A stretch of 64,000 nt of DNA from Terriglobia bacterium (GCA_965218585.1 CBDCLE010000012.1:154138-218137); one strand, 5' to 3'. Shown: positions 10,582 to 21,760, numbered from the stretch's first letter. Notes: generated by a model not told the origin, from the sequence alone. Program-made: numbers and translations.

Positions 10582-11260
10582 TGAACTGTCAGTATTCAGC
10601 TACCAGCCTGGGCCTGTACGCCGGGAGTTGATGGCTGATTACGATGTGTAGGCGTGTAGGAGTGGACCATGGAGTTTGCGATGCTGTCAACCGGACCAGA
10701 ATCATACTTGGGGATGCCTAGTCAACAGTAACCTCTTTCCGAATCGCTGGAGTGAGACCGAATTCCGATTGTAGGAGGGACTCTGCAGTCTTCATTCCAG
10801 GGAGTTTTATCCCGTCCTTCTTAAAGACTGTCAGCGCCAGCGATCCATGTAATCAATGGCACCCTTTTCGTAGCGTCGCAGATTGAAAACAAAGATTGCT
10901 TCGATATCTCTTGCCTTGGCGATCCGCCTAAGCCCTTCAATTTATTAAACAATCAACCCCGTAAGAAATGCGTGCTATTGTACAATGTCGCTCTCAAGGA
11001 CCGAAGGTTGGAACGATTACCGGCAACTGGGGGCAAGGAATGACCGCTATCGTGCATGCCATGGGAAGCAAGGGAGTGCTACCATTATTTGGCAAGGACT
11101 TTCAGGATTCGCTCACTGAGCCCTACCGCCGTTTTCTTTGCATTGACTTTATTGAGACGGTAAATCCTCATTGTTCCAGTGGTTTGCCCTCAGAGCCTAT
11201 GAGTTTGAGACTACACGACTGTGAGAAGAATTCGTCGAGCTAACCAGTGGTGTTGCCCTG

Positions 11261-12781
11261 ATGCCTAGGCTTCGTCAACACGTACTCGGCCTTTCCGGAA
11301 TGGACGGAGGCTTTGCCGCGAGTCTGCTTCAGGATAACGAGGTCACCTTTGCTATAGAAGAAGATAAACTCCGTCGCTATAAAGGATTAGGACTCAAGGA
11401 CCTCGAAACGATTGGCTCACGCGCCGTTGAGCACGCGCTCGCGAAGGTTCCCGGGCGAATGAGTGGCGTCGATGCGGTCGTCTACACGCCGTCCATACAA
11501 GCGGACTCGAACATCTCAGGGCGCCAGGCGTCTTACGTGGAGCAGTTTTTGATCCGGCACCATGGTCTATCGCCTGGAGTCTCTACGGTCGATCACGTTG
11601 CTGCCCATCTGGCTTTCGAGCGGGCCGTGCACGGGTCGTCGGTCAATGTGTTGATGGTAGGACGGACACGAGCCGTCTATTCCAATTGCGAATCGAGCAC
11701 CTACGAATTCGACACCAATTTTCCTGTTGTGTCATTCGCCGAGAAATGTGCCCGATTCATCGGACTCGAGCGGGAGCGCATCCACCACCTGGAGAATATG
11801 GCTCGCTTCGGCAAGGCGCGATTTACCGAAGATCTTTACGGATTGCTAGAGGACGGATTCGACCCAGACAAGACTCCAACTGCGTTGTCTGAAGTAACTG
11901 GGCCTTGTCGCCGCCGCCCTGGAGACATTCTGGAAAAAGTCCACTACGATCTGGCCGCGTCGTTGTTCGAAGTGCTGAGTAACGAGATCGTGGCCCTGCT
12001 CCGTTCGGTACTCCAAAAGCTCCCTTCTCATCCAGTCGCGCTCTGCGGGGGGGTATTCCAGAGTTGGCGCTTGAACGATGCCGTTGCCGCAGCCTTCCCA
12101 GACAATTCCTTCGCGGTGTCGTTTTCACCCGGGAACCCAGCGTGTGCCATCGGCGGGCCACTGGCCTTGACTGGCCGTTTTCCAAGCGAGCCCCTGAAAC
12201 CTTTTTTGGGGCCAAGGTATGACCCGAACGAAATAAAGGGAACTCTCGATAACTGCAAGGCCCGATATGCCTTCCATTCACACAAGGAAGTGATGGATCT
12301 AACCTGCGATGCACTGGAGGCAGGGAAGATGGTCGGTTGGTTTGCGGGTGCGTGTGAGTTTGGCTATCGGGCTCTTGGCGCCCGTAGCGTGTTTGCCAAT
12401 CCCGCAGACTCGTATGCTTGCGACAATCTCAGTTCCTATCTAAAAAAGCGTCCTTCATATTTTGCGTACGCCGTCGCGATGAAAGATGAGGGCGGCAGTA
12501 TCGATACGCGATCGCCTTACCTGTCCCGGTCTACTCACCTGTCTGAATATTTCGGCGACTCACCCGTCCGTTTGCAAACAGTTTCGAAATCGGCGGCGCC
12601 GAAACTGCACCGGTTGCTCGATGTCTTCCAAAAGAAAACGAGCGTTCGGGCTCTGTTGAACACATCGTTGAACTACTTTGATGAACCCATCGCCTGCACG
12701 CCCCGGGACGCGCTGAAAACCTTCTACGCATCCGGGCTGGATATGTTAGTGATGGAGAACTTCGTTCTCACGAAATCCTGA
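11261..12781 (+). CDS. Carbamoyltransferase family protein (NodU/CmcH-like), divergent
   Basis: FAIEEDKLRR, ALCGGVF, EFGYRALGARS, LLNTSLN, EPIACTPRDA. Confidence 0.8.
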   Translation: MPRLRQHVLGLSGMDGGFAASLLQDNEVTFAIEEDKLRRYKGLGLKDLETIGSRAVEHALAKVPGRMSGVDAVVYTPSIQADSNISGRQASYVEQFLIRHHGLSPGVSTVDHVAAHLAFERAVHGSSVNVLMVGRTRAVYSNCESSTYEFDTNFPVVSFAEKCARFIGLERERIHHLENMARFGKARFTEDLYGLLEDGFDPDKTPTALSEVTGPCRRRPGDILEKVHYDLAASLFEVLSNEIVALLRSVLQKLPSHPVALCGGVFQSWRLNDAVAAAFPDNSFAVSFSPGNPACAIGGPLALTGRFPSEPLKPFLGPRYDPNEIKGTLDNCKARYAFHSHKEVMDLTCDALEAGKMVGWFAGACEFGYRALGARSVFANPADSYACDNLSSYLKKRPSYFAYAVAMKDEGGSIDTRSPYLSRSTHLSEYFGDSPVRLQTVSKSAAPKLHRLLDVFQKKTSVRALLNTSLNYFDEPIACTPRDALKTFYASGLDMLVMENFVLTKS

Positions 12782-12824
12782 AACCGCGCTCGCGGAAATC
12801 CTACAAAGCACGGTTCCCACCGCT

Positions 12825-14667
12825 GCCGCATTGACTCATTGAAAATGTTACCGAACTGAGGTTGTTGCCTCATTAGAAATGTTACCCAACTCTATGAGAA
12901 CGGAGGTGGGAAGTGAGGACACACATGACTGTTGCGGCAAGGCGAGAATTAGCTCTACGAACGGCGGTTCGCTACAAGAATGCGGCGCGACCGGAGAAGA
13001 AGCGAATCCTGGATGAGTTCCTTGAATCGACCGGGTTCCATCGGAAGCACGCGACACGGCTTCTGAACGACATTCTGAGGGGCGAACGGCCCCGACGGCA
13101 ACCGCGCGGCCGGGTCCGTCGATACGGCCCCGCGGTGCAGGCCGCCCTGATCGCGGCCTGGCGCACAGTCAATGATGTCTGTGGCAAACGGCTCGTTCCG
13201 TTTCTGCCGGAGCTGATCCCGACCATGGAGCGTCACGGGCATCTGTCATTGTCTGATAAAACGCGGGCGGATCTGCTTGAGCTGAGCGCCGCCACGGCTG
13301 ATCGGATCTTCCGTCAATTCCGATTCGATCATCGACCGCACGGCAAGACCACCACCAAGTCCGGACAGTTACTCAAACACCGCGTTCCGATTCGCACATT
13401 CGCCGACTGGGCGGACACGCGGCCGGGATTCATGGAAGCGGGACTTGGTTGCACACTGCGGCGGGAACTCGGAAGGCCCTTTCCTCCACACCCTGGTACT
13501 GACCGACGTGGCGACCGGCTGGACCGAATGTCTGGCGTTGCTACGGCGTACGGAGGCGGACATTCTGCAGGCGCTCACGACGGCACGGCAGATCCTTCCG
13601 TTTCAGCTTGTCGGCCTGGACACGGATAACGGTTCCGAGTTCATGAACTACGGACTCCTCGCCTACTGCGAGCGTGAAACGATTCAATTCACCCGAGGCC
13701 GGGCGCGCCGGAAGAACGACCAGTGCTTCGTCGAACAGAAGAACGGCTCGATCGTCCGCCAATTGGTCGGCTACGACCGCTACGAAGGCTCACTGGCATA
13801 CAGGCAGCTTGCCGAGCTCTACCGAGTGGTCCGGCTCTACGTGAACTTCTTCCAGCCGTCCATGAAGCTCACGACGAAGACTCGCGATGGATCCCGGGTG
13901 ACGAAACGCTACGATATCGCGCAAACACCCTATCAACGGCTCTCGAATTCGGATGCGCTCGACCCGGAGGTTCGCGTTCGCCTTGCTGCGATTTATGAAC
14001 GTTCGGATCCGGTCGATCTCCTACGACAGCTTGAGAAACTCCAGGATGCATTCTGGAGACATGCGAAGGAACTGGCCTCTCCCACGCTAACGGACGACAT
14101 CGTGCGCGCCGCCCTTGTGTCCCCGAACTGCGACGCAGATGCAGACCGAGCCCCGATTGAGGCGGAACTCCCCGATCCCGGCTTCGAGCAACGAATCACG
14201 CGTCGGTATCGCAAAACACGGAAACAACCTGTGCCCCACACCTGGCGTACTCGCCCGGACCCGTTCGACGGCGTCTGGGAGGAGATGCGGTCATGGCTTG
14301 AATCCGATCCCGGGCGAACATCAAAGTCGCTGTTGCTTGAGCTTCAGCAGCGGCACCCGGGACGTTACCCCAACGGTCAGTTACGGACCCTGCAGCGGCG
14401 CGTGCGCGAATGGCGGCGTCAGATTCTGGAGACTTTCGATGGCGAGTGGCTCGAACTGGATCGGGTCCGCCCGGCTTCAGCATCTGCGGGCGACGGGGGC
14501 TGTGGAAAAGGCGGTCGCCCCGCGACCTTGGGAAACTCGAAGAGTTTCCCACTTTCCCACAGCCTCGACGGCGGGAAGAACTCTCCCGTTTGACCGGTCG
14601 TTCGGTAACATTTTCGATGAGGCAACAACCCTCAGTTCGGTAACATTTTTAAATGAGGCAATACGGC
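12825..14667 (+). mobile_element. Insertion sequence (rve/DDE integrase-core transposase, IS481/ISNCY-like) with ~60-bp imperfect terminal IRs
   Basis: Left end gccgcattgactcattgaaaatgttaccgaactgaggttgttgcctcattagaaatgttacc matches the reverse complement of 14604-14667; no TSD seen. Confidence 0.85.
12913..14593 (+). CDS. DDE transposase split by a 1-bp insertion at ~13441
   Basis: Removing one G restores PGFMEADLVAHCGG...LVLTDVATGWTE...DTDNGSEF...NDQCFVEQKN. Confidence 0.8.
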
Positions 14668-14690
14668 CGGGAGTTTTGATTGTCGCTGAT

Positions 14691-14726
14691 CACTGGCCTG
14701 TCTTTCCAGAAGTCAACGTCGCTCAT
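14691..14726 (-). pseudogene. 12-codon 5' stub of a nucleotide-sugar dehydratase (RfbG-like)
   Basis: ATG 2 nt after the rfbF stop reads MSDVDFWKDRPV, then breaks before the expected TGxxG motif. Confidence 0.55.
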
Positions 14727-14728
14727 CG

Positions 14729-15490
14729 TCAACTCCACGGTGCCTGGCCTGACGACCAGAGGTTTTCCAATAGCAGTTTGTCGCGTAACGTATCCATCGG
14801 CAGCCAGAACCCTTCGTGAGAATACGCGGTCAATTGGTCCTCGGCCGCCAATCGCTCTAGCGGTTCGCGCTCCAGATTCACGTCTTCGCCCAGGTACTTG
14901 AAGACTCCCGGCTCAAAAACGAAAAACCCTCCGTTTATCCAACCCCGGTCGACCTGCGGCTTTTCGACAAACTGATTGACCCGCTTCCCGTCAAGAGTTA
15001 GGCGACCAAACCGTGCGGGAGGATGAACTGCAGTGACCGTCGCAAGACGACCTTGCTCTCGGTGAACATCGAGAAGTTGTGGGATGTCGACGTCTGAAAC
15101 ACCATCGCCATATGTCAGAAAGAAAGGATCATCCCCAAGGTATTTTTTCAACCGCAACAGACGGCCAGCAGTTGGTGTGTCCAATCCCGTGTCGACGACC
15201 GTTACCCTCCAATCGTAACCCTCGACCTTTCTTGTAGTCTGATGGGATCCTCCACCCAGATCGACCTCTAAATCACTGTTGTGGAGCACGAAATTCTGGA
15301 AGTAGTCCTTGATCATCCAGTTCTTGTAACCCGAAGCTATGATGAAGTTAGTCAAGCCGTGCTTCCCATATATTTTCATGACGTGCAAAAGGATGGGCAT
15401 TCCGCCAATTTCGATCATCGGCTTCGGTCGAATGTCCGTCTCTTCGGCAAATCGCGTCCCCCGACCTCCAGCAAGAATGACAACGTTCAT
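14729..15490 (-). CDS. rfbF: Glucose-1-phosphate cytidylyltransferase
   Basis: VVILAGGRGTR, PKPMIEIGG, TYGDGVSD, WINGGFF, GFWLPMDTLRDK. Confidence 0.95.
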   Translation of the reverse strand: MNVVILAGGRGTRFAEETDIRPKPMIEIGGMPILLHVMKIYGKHGLTNFIIASGYKNWMIKDYFQNFVLHNSDLEVDLGGGSHQTTRKVEGYDWRVTVVDTGLDTPTAGRLLRLKKYLGDDPFFLTYGDGVSDVDIPQLLDVHREQGRLATVTAVHPPARFGRLTLDGKRVNQFVEKPQVDRGWINGGFFVFEPGVFKYLGEDVNLEREPLERLAAEDQLTAYSHEGFWLPMDTLRDKLLLENLWSSGQAPWS

Positions 15491-15588
15491 GTCCTAACCA
15501 TCCAATAACAAAAAGTGTCGATCCGCAAGATCTCGCGAACGAATCGAAAAAATTCCGATCATCATGTATGCCCGGCTCGAAGCTGGTG

Positions 15589-16953
15589 GAGGTCATTACA
15601 AAAGGTGTGTAAAAGTCATCAGGCGGCGGCCTTCGATTTCATCACGACTCTGATGCCGTCAGCGAATTGCTGACCATCATAGACCTCTTGTAAGAGTTCG
15701 GATCCTTTTAAGTGTCGCCAAGCCTTCTCAGCGACACGTAGTAGCTTCCAGATCATTGCCGTTGCATTCTCGACACGCTTGAATCGGCGAGCGGCGTTGG
15801 TGCGGAGGCGAACCATGTCGAAGGGCGACTCGACGATGTTGGTCGTTCTAAGATGCACCCAGTGTTGTTTCGGGAACTCATAGAAAGTGATCATCCGGTC
15901 CCAGTCCCGCAACAGCGTCTCAGCCGCTTTGGGATAGTTCTTCTCATATCGGCGGACGAACTGATCCCGCTTTCGTTCGCAGGCCGCGCGGGAGTTCGCG
16001 AAGGCCATCCCATGGAGCAGCTGTCTGGCCGCGGGCTGCTCGGTCTTCGGCAGATGATCGACCACGTTGATCGACTTGTGGTTCCAGCAGCGTTGTTCCT
16101 GGCCCTGGGGCTGTTGCTCGGCCAGCGCGGACCAGATGCCCAGGTGACCGTCCGCGACAGTCAGCCGTCCCAGCTTCAGGCCCCGTCTCTGGAGATTGCG
16201 CAGAATGCGGCTCCAGGACTCCTTGCTTTCCCGCTGCCCGCTCTCACAGGCCAACAGCACTTTGCGCCCGTCTGACAAGGCTCCGATGATCACCAGCAAT
16301 GCCGCTCGCTCTTTCGCGATCCCCGCTTTCACGTACAAGCCGTCTGCCCACTGGTACACGACCTCGAGGCCGGACAGGTCCTGCTGGACCCACTCGTCAT
16401 ACTCCAACTGCCAGGTCGATTTCAGTCGTTGGATCGATGCTCGCGACAACGGAGCGCCAGCGCCAAGCAGTCCGCGCATGGCCTGCTCGAAGTCCCCTGT
16501 GGCCAGACCGTGGAGGTAGAGATCGGGAAGTAGCTCGCCCAGCTGTTTCGATTTCCGTCGAAAATACGGCAGGATCTGACTCTCGAACCGCTCGGCGGTG
16601 TTTCGAACCCGAGGTCGTCGAACCTCCATCGTACCGTTCATCATTGCGAAGCGTCGCGGCTTCCCGTGACCGTTCCGGTATCCTCGTCGATTCGGACTCC
16701 GCTCCGACTTTTCCCGACCCAGAAATTGAGTGACTTCGTCCTCGAGCAGCTCCTGTAGCCAGACTTGGACCCGGGATCGCGCCCAGTCCTCCAAACCTTC
16801 ATACGCGTTCGTTGACGCCACTGATGCCGGTATGTTCTTCTTCTTCATGGGTGGTGTACCTTTCTCCCGATTGCTGCCGGGATTGCTTACGGTTTCGAAT
16901 TCACCGAAAGCGTACACCGCCTTCTCTTTTTACACACCGATTGGAACGACCTC
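15589..16953 (-). mobile_element. IS256-family insertion sequence
   Basis: IRs GAGGTCATTACAAAAGGTGTGTAAAAG / revcomp GAGGTCGTTCCAATCGGTGTGTAAAAAG flank the transposase. Confidence 0.9.
15619..16848 (-). CDS. IS256-family (Mutator) transposase
   Basis: YRNGHG, WADGLYVK, VADGHLG, QRCWNHK, LRTTNIVES; start placed at MKKKN (uncertain). Confidence 0.9.
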   Translation of the reverse strand: MKKKNIPASVASTNAYEGLEDWARSRVQVWLQELLEDEVTQFLGREKSERSPNRRGYRNGHGKPRRFAMMNGTMEVRRPRVRNTAERFESQILPYFRRKSKQLGELLPDLYLHGLATGDFEQAMRGLLGAGAPLSRASIQRLKSTWQLEYDEWVQQDLSGLEVVYQWADGLYVKAGIAKERAALLVIIGALSDGRKVLLACESGQRESKESWSRILRNLQRRGLKLGRLTVADGHLGIWSALAEQQPQGQEQRCWNHKSINVVDHLPKTEQPAARQLLHGMAFANSRAACERKRDQFVRRYEKNYPKAAETLLRDWDRMITFYEFPKQHWVHLRTTNIVESPFDMVRLRTNAARRFKRVENATAMIWKLLRVAEKAWRHLKGSELLQEVYDGQQFADGIRVVMKSKAAA

Positions 16954-17093
16954 CAGCTGCCTTTGAAAACAATTCGGCAGAAAATTTTCATCAACTCAAG
17001 AACGAATGCATGAAAGCCATATTCCATCGGTGGCCGATATGGCGACCTCGATGATAGACTAAGCTTGCCCTTGTCCCAGACAACTTAGGTCTC

Positions 17094-19498
17094 TTGCCAC
17101 CACTAGTTCGTCCCCTCATCGCGCTCGCTACGGGAATTGTTGCGTCTCCCTATATCGACATTTCCTACGCGTGGATAGCGCTTCCCTTAGCTTGTCTCGT
17201 TTCGATTATTCGACCCAGGTGGACGCTGATTCCCGTTTTCCTGTTAGGAGGGATTCTCACCTCTCGTCAGGAAACACGGCCTCCAGGGATTCCCGATGAC
17301 GGGTATCCGCGGCGCGTCGTCGCCCGACTCGAACACGCTCCCGAATACCGCGCTCCCGGCTACTACCTGAACGTCCAGATTCTGTCTGTCGGTGAGACTG
17401 AATGGTGGGGAGGGGCACGACTCTCCTACTTTCCGGCAGACGAAGATCTCGAACGACTCTTTCATCAACTCGATCTGGGTGCCGGAGACCGGATCGAAGT
17501 CCTCGTCCGTCTTCGCCCACCTAACTCGTATCGAAATCCGGGTGCTTTCAACTACCGGCAGTATCTCGAGCGCCAGGGCATCTACTGGACGGGGTCCGTC
17601 CGCAACCCGCGGTTGATCGAGGTCCGCGACCGGGGTTGGCACGGAAACGACAAGCTGAGGACATGGGTCACCCAGCGCATCGGCAGCCACTTTGAAGACG
17701 GCAGCACGGCCGAGGCCCTGGTCCTTGGAATGGTATTGGGACAGCAACGACGTCTGCCCCCTGACGCCGCGCGAAAGTTCCGATCGGCGGGACTGATTCA
17801 TCTGCTTGTCGTTTCGGGGTTCAATCTGGCCCTGGTCGCCGCCCTAGCGCTTTGGCTGGGACGACGACTCCCCTTCGGGCGATACCAGAGAACGGGGAGT
17901 CTCCTCTTCGCGTTCGTCCTCATCTGGGGATACGCGCTCTTGGTGGAGGGACAGTCCCCTGTCATGCGAGCCACCCTCATGGCTAGTCTCATGCTGGCCA
18001 GCAGTCTACTGGACCGGGGTTACGCAATCGGAAATGCTCTGGCGGCGACCGCGATCGCAATCCTGCTCTTCAAACCGCAGACCCTGACCGATCCGAGTTT
18101 CCAACTCACGTTTCTAGCAGTCCTGGGAATAATCCTTCTCGCCCTTCCCTGATCCGATGGACACTCGGTTGGATTCGTCCGGCCACCCGGCATCTGGACA
18201 ACCCCGAGATCGACGCTCACCTCCCTCCAGAAATCGCGGACTGGCGCGTTTCCCGACGTCTCCGGTGCGAATTTTACGGATGGCCCCTCTGGTCGGTCAC
18301 TGTTCCACTGAGGTTTGGGCTCATTCTGGCCGAGGCACTCCTGGTCACCTGGAGCGTCCAGTCCCTTCTTCTGCCGCTGACCGTGGAGTCCTATCATCAG
18401 GTTTCAGCCGTCACCCTACCCCTTAACGTCGTCGGTGCCCTCGTAGCAGCATGCATCACGCCAATGGGGCTGATTTTGATTTTCCTGCCCCACCCCCTTT
18501 CGGACTGCGTGTCGGCAATAATGCAGGCCATCCTCGAATTGTTCATCTGGGCTGTGGATGCGGGACTCGAACTGCCCGGAGGGAGCCTGCGGGTCCCTTC
18601 TCCGCCACCGTGGGTCTGGGTCCTTTACCTGGTTCTAATCGCATGCATCACGTGGGCCCTCCACCGTCGCTCCGCTTCCGGCGTGATCACAGGAATAGCG
18701 CTCGTCTCGATTCTCATACTTCTAATCGGGATCGCGGATTTCTCGCCACCCCCACCGTCCGATCCGATTCTGACCTTCATCGACGTGGGTCAGGGAGACT
18801 CAACATTGATCGAACTGCCCGGTGGTAAGCGGGTCATCGTGGATGGAGGCGGAGTCGCCTCGGGTGGCTATCGCTCCCTCAGGAACGAGGGCACTTTTTC
18901 GATCGGGGAAGACGTCGTCAGCCCGTACCTGTTCTCGCGGGGATTCCGCCGCCTGGACGCCATCGCACTGACGCATGCCCATCACGACCATATGGATGGT
19001 CTGTTCGATTTGATTCGCAACTTCGAAATCGGTGAAGTCTGGCTGGGTACGAACCCCCTCGTCCCCCGGTACCGGGAACTGATCGAGGAGATCCACGGAC
19101 GCAACATACCGATCCGTTGGCTGGGGACAGGAGACCGGATAGGCCCCTTCCGGGTCCTAAATCCTCCACGTAACCGGCTCCCGGGATTCCGGGTTCACAA
19201 CGACGATTCCCTCGTACTGATGCTCGAATGGGAGGGGCGGCGTGCACTTCTGACCGGGGACCTCGAACGCGATCTGGACGCCCTTCCGGGGTACATCGAC
19301 GTTCTCAAGGTCCCCCACCACGGAAGCAGGAACACAAAATTACAGGTGCGGGCCCGGCTCCCGGTGATCTCGGTCGGCGCCAACAACCGCTTCGGGCACC
19401 CCGCCCCATCAAAGCTCCCCGCCCTGCGTACGGATCTCCTGGGCGCGATCGAGGTCACCCTCTCAGCCCCATCCAAAGTCGCCTTCCCCGGTCTTTGA
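17094..19498 (+). CDS. comEC: ComEC/Rec2 DNA-uptake channel (DUF4131 + competence + MBL domains); 1-bp frameshift at ~18148
   Basis: HLLVVSGFN, SFQLTFLA, IDVGQGD, THAHHDHMDG, KVPHHGS; CTTCCCTGATC read as CCC-CTG-ATC joins the two ORFs with no stop. Confidence 0.85.
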
Positions 19499-19506
19499 AG
19501 AAAGAG

Positions 19507-19616
19507 TTCAACCGAGAGACGCAGAGAACGCAGAGAAAGATCTGTTGGTTCAAGAGAAACCGTTTCTCAGAAAGTACATTTTACGACCTCTGCGTTCTCT
19601 GCGCCTCTGCGTTGAA
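19507..19616. repeat. Intergenic palindromic repeat, (A/G)CGCAGAG-unit family
   Basis: aaccgagagacgcagagaacgcagag ... ctctgcgttctctgcgcctctgcgtt. Confidence 0.85.
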
Positions 19617-19636
19617 AGGTATCTCCTTTCCTGATG

Positions 19637-19665
19637 TTGACTCTGCTGGGGCCGTTGTGTAACCT
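19637..19665 (+). promoter_or_regulatory. Sigma70-type promoter upstream of the lytic transglycosylase
   Basis: TTGACT-N17-TAACCT. Confidence 0.55.
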
Positions 19666-19749
19666 AACTTATTGCAGGGCGGCAACTAAGCGAAGAAAGA
19701 CGCGCTGCCGAGGGATCCTGCTCTTATAAATGAACCACTACATCTAGGG

Positions 19750-21603
19750 GTGTCCTCCTTGGATCACAGCTACCGTCAATTTATTTCATCAGCCGTCTTG
19801 TGTCTGCCGCTTCTGGCAGCCTGTTCTGGGAGCAACCGTCAGATCACCCAGGCACCGCCACCAGTGATCGAAACGACGGCACCATCGATCACGGAGGCTT
19901 CCGCTCCGACTCGAGATGAAGAAAGCGTCGATCCGCTGGCCGCGGTACTAGTACGGGTACGGGAACTGACAGAAGGTGGAGACACCAGACGCCGGAAGGG
20001 GGATCTTACGCGGGCACGGGAGGATTTCGAGGCCGCACTGGACTTGCTCTGGGATTACTCCCGTGAACACGACGCTCTGAATTTCGAAGTCGAGCGCGAA
20101 ATCGACTACCTGGTGGTCTTTCTCGAGACACTACGGGCAGCCGAAGAAAGCGAACCAGCGGCCATCGACGATCTGGCCGAATTGGAGACCTCGACAGAAG
20201 ATCCCGACCCGCGGTTGAGAGAGCGCGTGGAATCGGAAATGGAAGAGCTGGATTCGGACCTCCCGATCCAGGTTCACGATCGAGTCCTGTCGTTTCTTGA
20301 GTATTACGCCGAGGGCAACGGGCGTGGAAGCATCGAACTGGGATTGGAACGCGTCGGCCTGTACGGCCCGATGATCCGCCGCATTTTCCAGGAAGAAGGC
20401 GTCCCCGAAGACCTGATCTACCTCGCTCAAGCCGAGAGTGCCTTCAAGCCGCATGCCCTTTCGAGAGCTGCGGCGAAGGGCATGTGGCAGTTCATCTCCG
20501 CGCGCGGAGAGGAATACGGGTTACGGCAGACCTGGTGGATTGACGAGCGCTCCGACCCGGAGAAATCGACCCGGGCCGCCGCGCGACATCTGCGGGACCT
20601 CTATGACCGCTTCGGAGACTGGTATCTTGCGATGGCTGCGTACAATTCCGGACCTGCCCGCGTCAGCCGGGCCATCCGTCGGGCCGGCGTGGCCGATTTC
20701 TGGATCCTGGCCGATAGGAACCTGCTTCCCAGGGAGACCCGGAACTACGTCCCCACGATCCTGGCGATGACCCTGATCGGAAGAGACCCTGCAAGATACG
20801 GTTTCGACGTCCAGCCTGCCGCTCCGCTCGAAGTGGAAAGGATTCCAGTGGCGCAGGCCACGGACCTGCGGATCATCGCTGACGGTCTTGAGCTGCCATT
20901 GGAAACGATCGAGGAACTAAATCCCCACGTCCTGAGATGGGCCACCCCGCCCGATGACGACGAGTTCGAATTGGTTCTGCCCGCCGGGTACGGGGATCTT
21001 TTCGCCGAGAAGATCGCTTCGCTGGGGGAGAGAGACCGTCTCCGGTTCCAATACCACGTCGTCTCAAACGGTGAAACCCTCTCTCACCTTTCCGAGCGAT
21101 ATGGTGTCGCGATTTCAGCTATCAGTGAAACCAACCGCCTCAACAGTCAACACATGATCCGGGTAGGACAATCGTTAATCATCCCGCTGAGCGGAATTCC
21201 CGTGCCCGAAACTGCAACTGCGGACCTCGCCCCACCCACCCAGACTCCACCCGATGTCTACAGGGTCCGCACCGGAGACACGTTATCGGAAATTGCTGAG
21301 AGCTTCGGGGTGAGCGCCACCGACATCAGGGCTTGGAACGGTATGTCCTCAAACGTATTGATCGCCGGAGACACTTTGCGGCTAACTCCGACCGAGGACA
21401 CCCCCCAGGTCGCTGCACGAGGCTCGGGTGGGGGTGCCAGCGTTGTCTACAATGTCCGTTCCGGAGACACGTTGAGCGAGATCGCGTCATCCTACAGAAC
21501 CTCAGTCGCTGCCATCCGTACCTGGAATCTGGAACGAGATCTCAGCGTCATCCGGCCGGGCGATGAGATCACGATCTACTGCACGACCGAGACTATTTGC
21601 TGA
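19750..21603 (+). CDS. Membrane-bound lytic transglycosylase (MltD-like, SLT + 3 LysM), lipoprotein
   Basis: LAAC lipobox, AQAESAF, GMWQF, AAYNSG, three LysM repeats (GETLS/GDTLS). Confidence 0.9.
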   Translation: MSSLDHSYRQFISSAVLCLPLLAACSGSNRQITQAPPPVIETTAPSITEASAPTRDEESVDPLAAVLVRVRELTEGGDTRRRKGDLTRAREDFEAALDLLWDYSREHDALNFEVEREIDYLVVFLETLRAAEESEPAAIDDLAELETSTEDPDPRLRERVESEMEELDSDLPIQVHDRVLSFLEYYAEGNGRGSIELGLERVGLYGPMIRRIFQEEGVPEDLIYLAQAESAFKPHALSRAAAKGMWQFISARGEEYGLRQTWWIDERSDPEKSTRAAARHLRDLYDRFGDWYLAMAAYNSGPARVSRAIRRAGVADFWILADRNLLPRETRNYVPTILAMTLIGRDPARYGFDVQPAAPLEVERIPVAQATDLRIIADGLELPLETIEELNPHVLRWATPPDDDEFELVLPAGYGDLFAEKIASLGERDRLRFQYHVVSNGETLSHLSERYGVAISAISETNRLNSQHMIRVGQSLIIPLSGIPVPETATADLAPPTQTPPDVYRVRTGDTLSEIAESFGVSATDIRAWNGMSSNVLIAGDTLRLTPTEDTPQVAARGSGGGASVVYNVRSGDTLSEIASSYRTSVAAIRTWNLERDLSVIRPGDEITIYCTTETIC

Positions 21604-21760
21604 GCGTCTTCCTGTCCCGCGGTGTCTTTAAGAAGTAGCTTTCGAACAGGAATCGGACGGCTACGGATATAAGATGTTTGCTTTCAATCACTTAAATATT
21701 TGACATCCGAGTGGCCCGATGCCGGGGACGGGACGTAGTAAATTATCAAGAATTCTTATT

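Noticed and set aside
9814-10584. Long antisense ORFs (e.g. 256 aa opposite gmd; also 23666-24460, 42447-43262, 51457-52218, 63558-63995)
   Set aside because: Shadow ORFs of well-supported genes on the other strand in a GC-rich genome
10968-11243. 91-aa ORF in the gmd/carbamoyltransferase intergenic region
   Set aside because: No recognisable motif or RBS; more likely a divergent promoter region
13430-13450. Programmed frameshift in the rve transposase
   Set aside because: No slippery heptamer, and it falls at the first catalytic Asp motif; a simple 1-bp insertion or error is more likely
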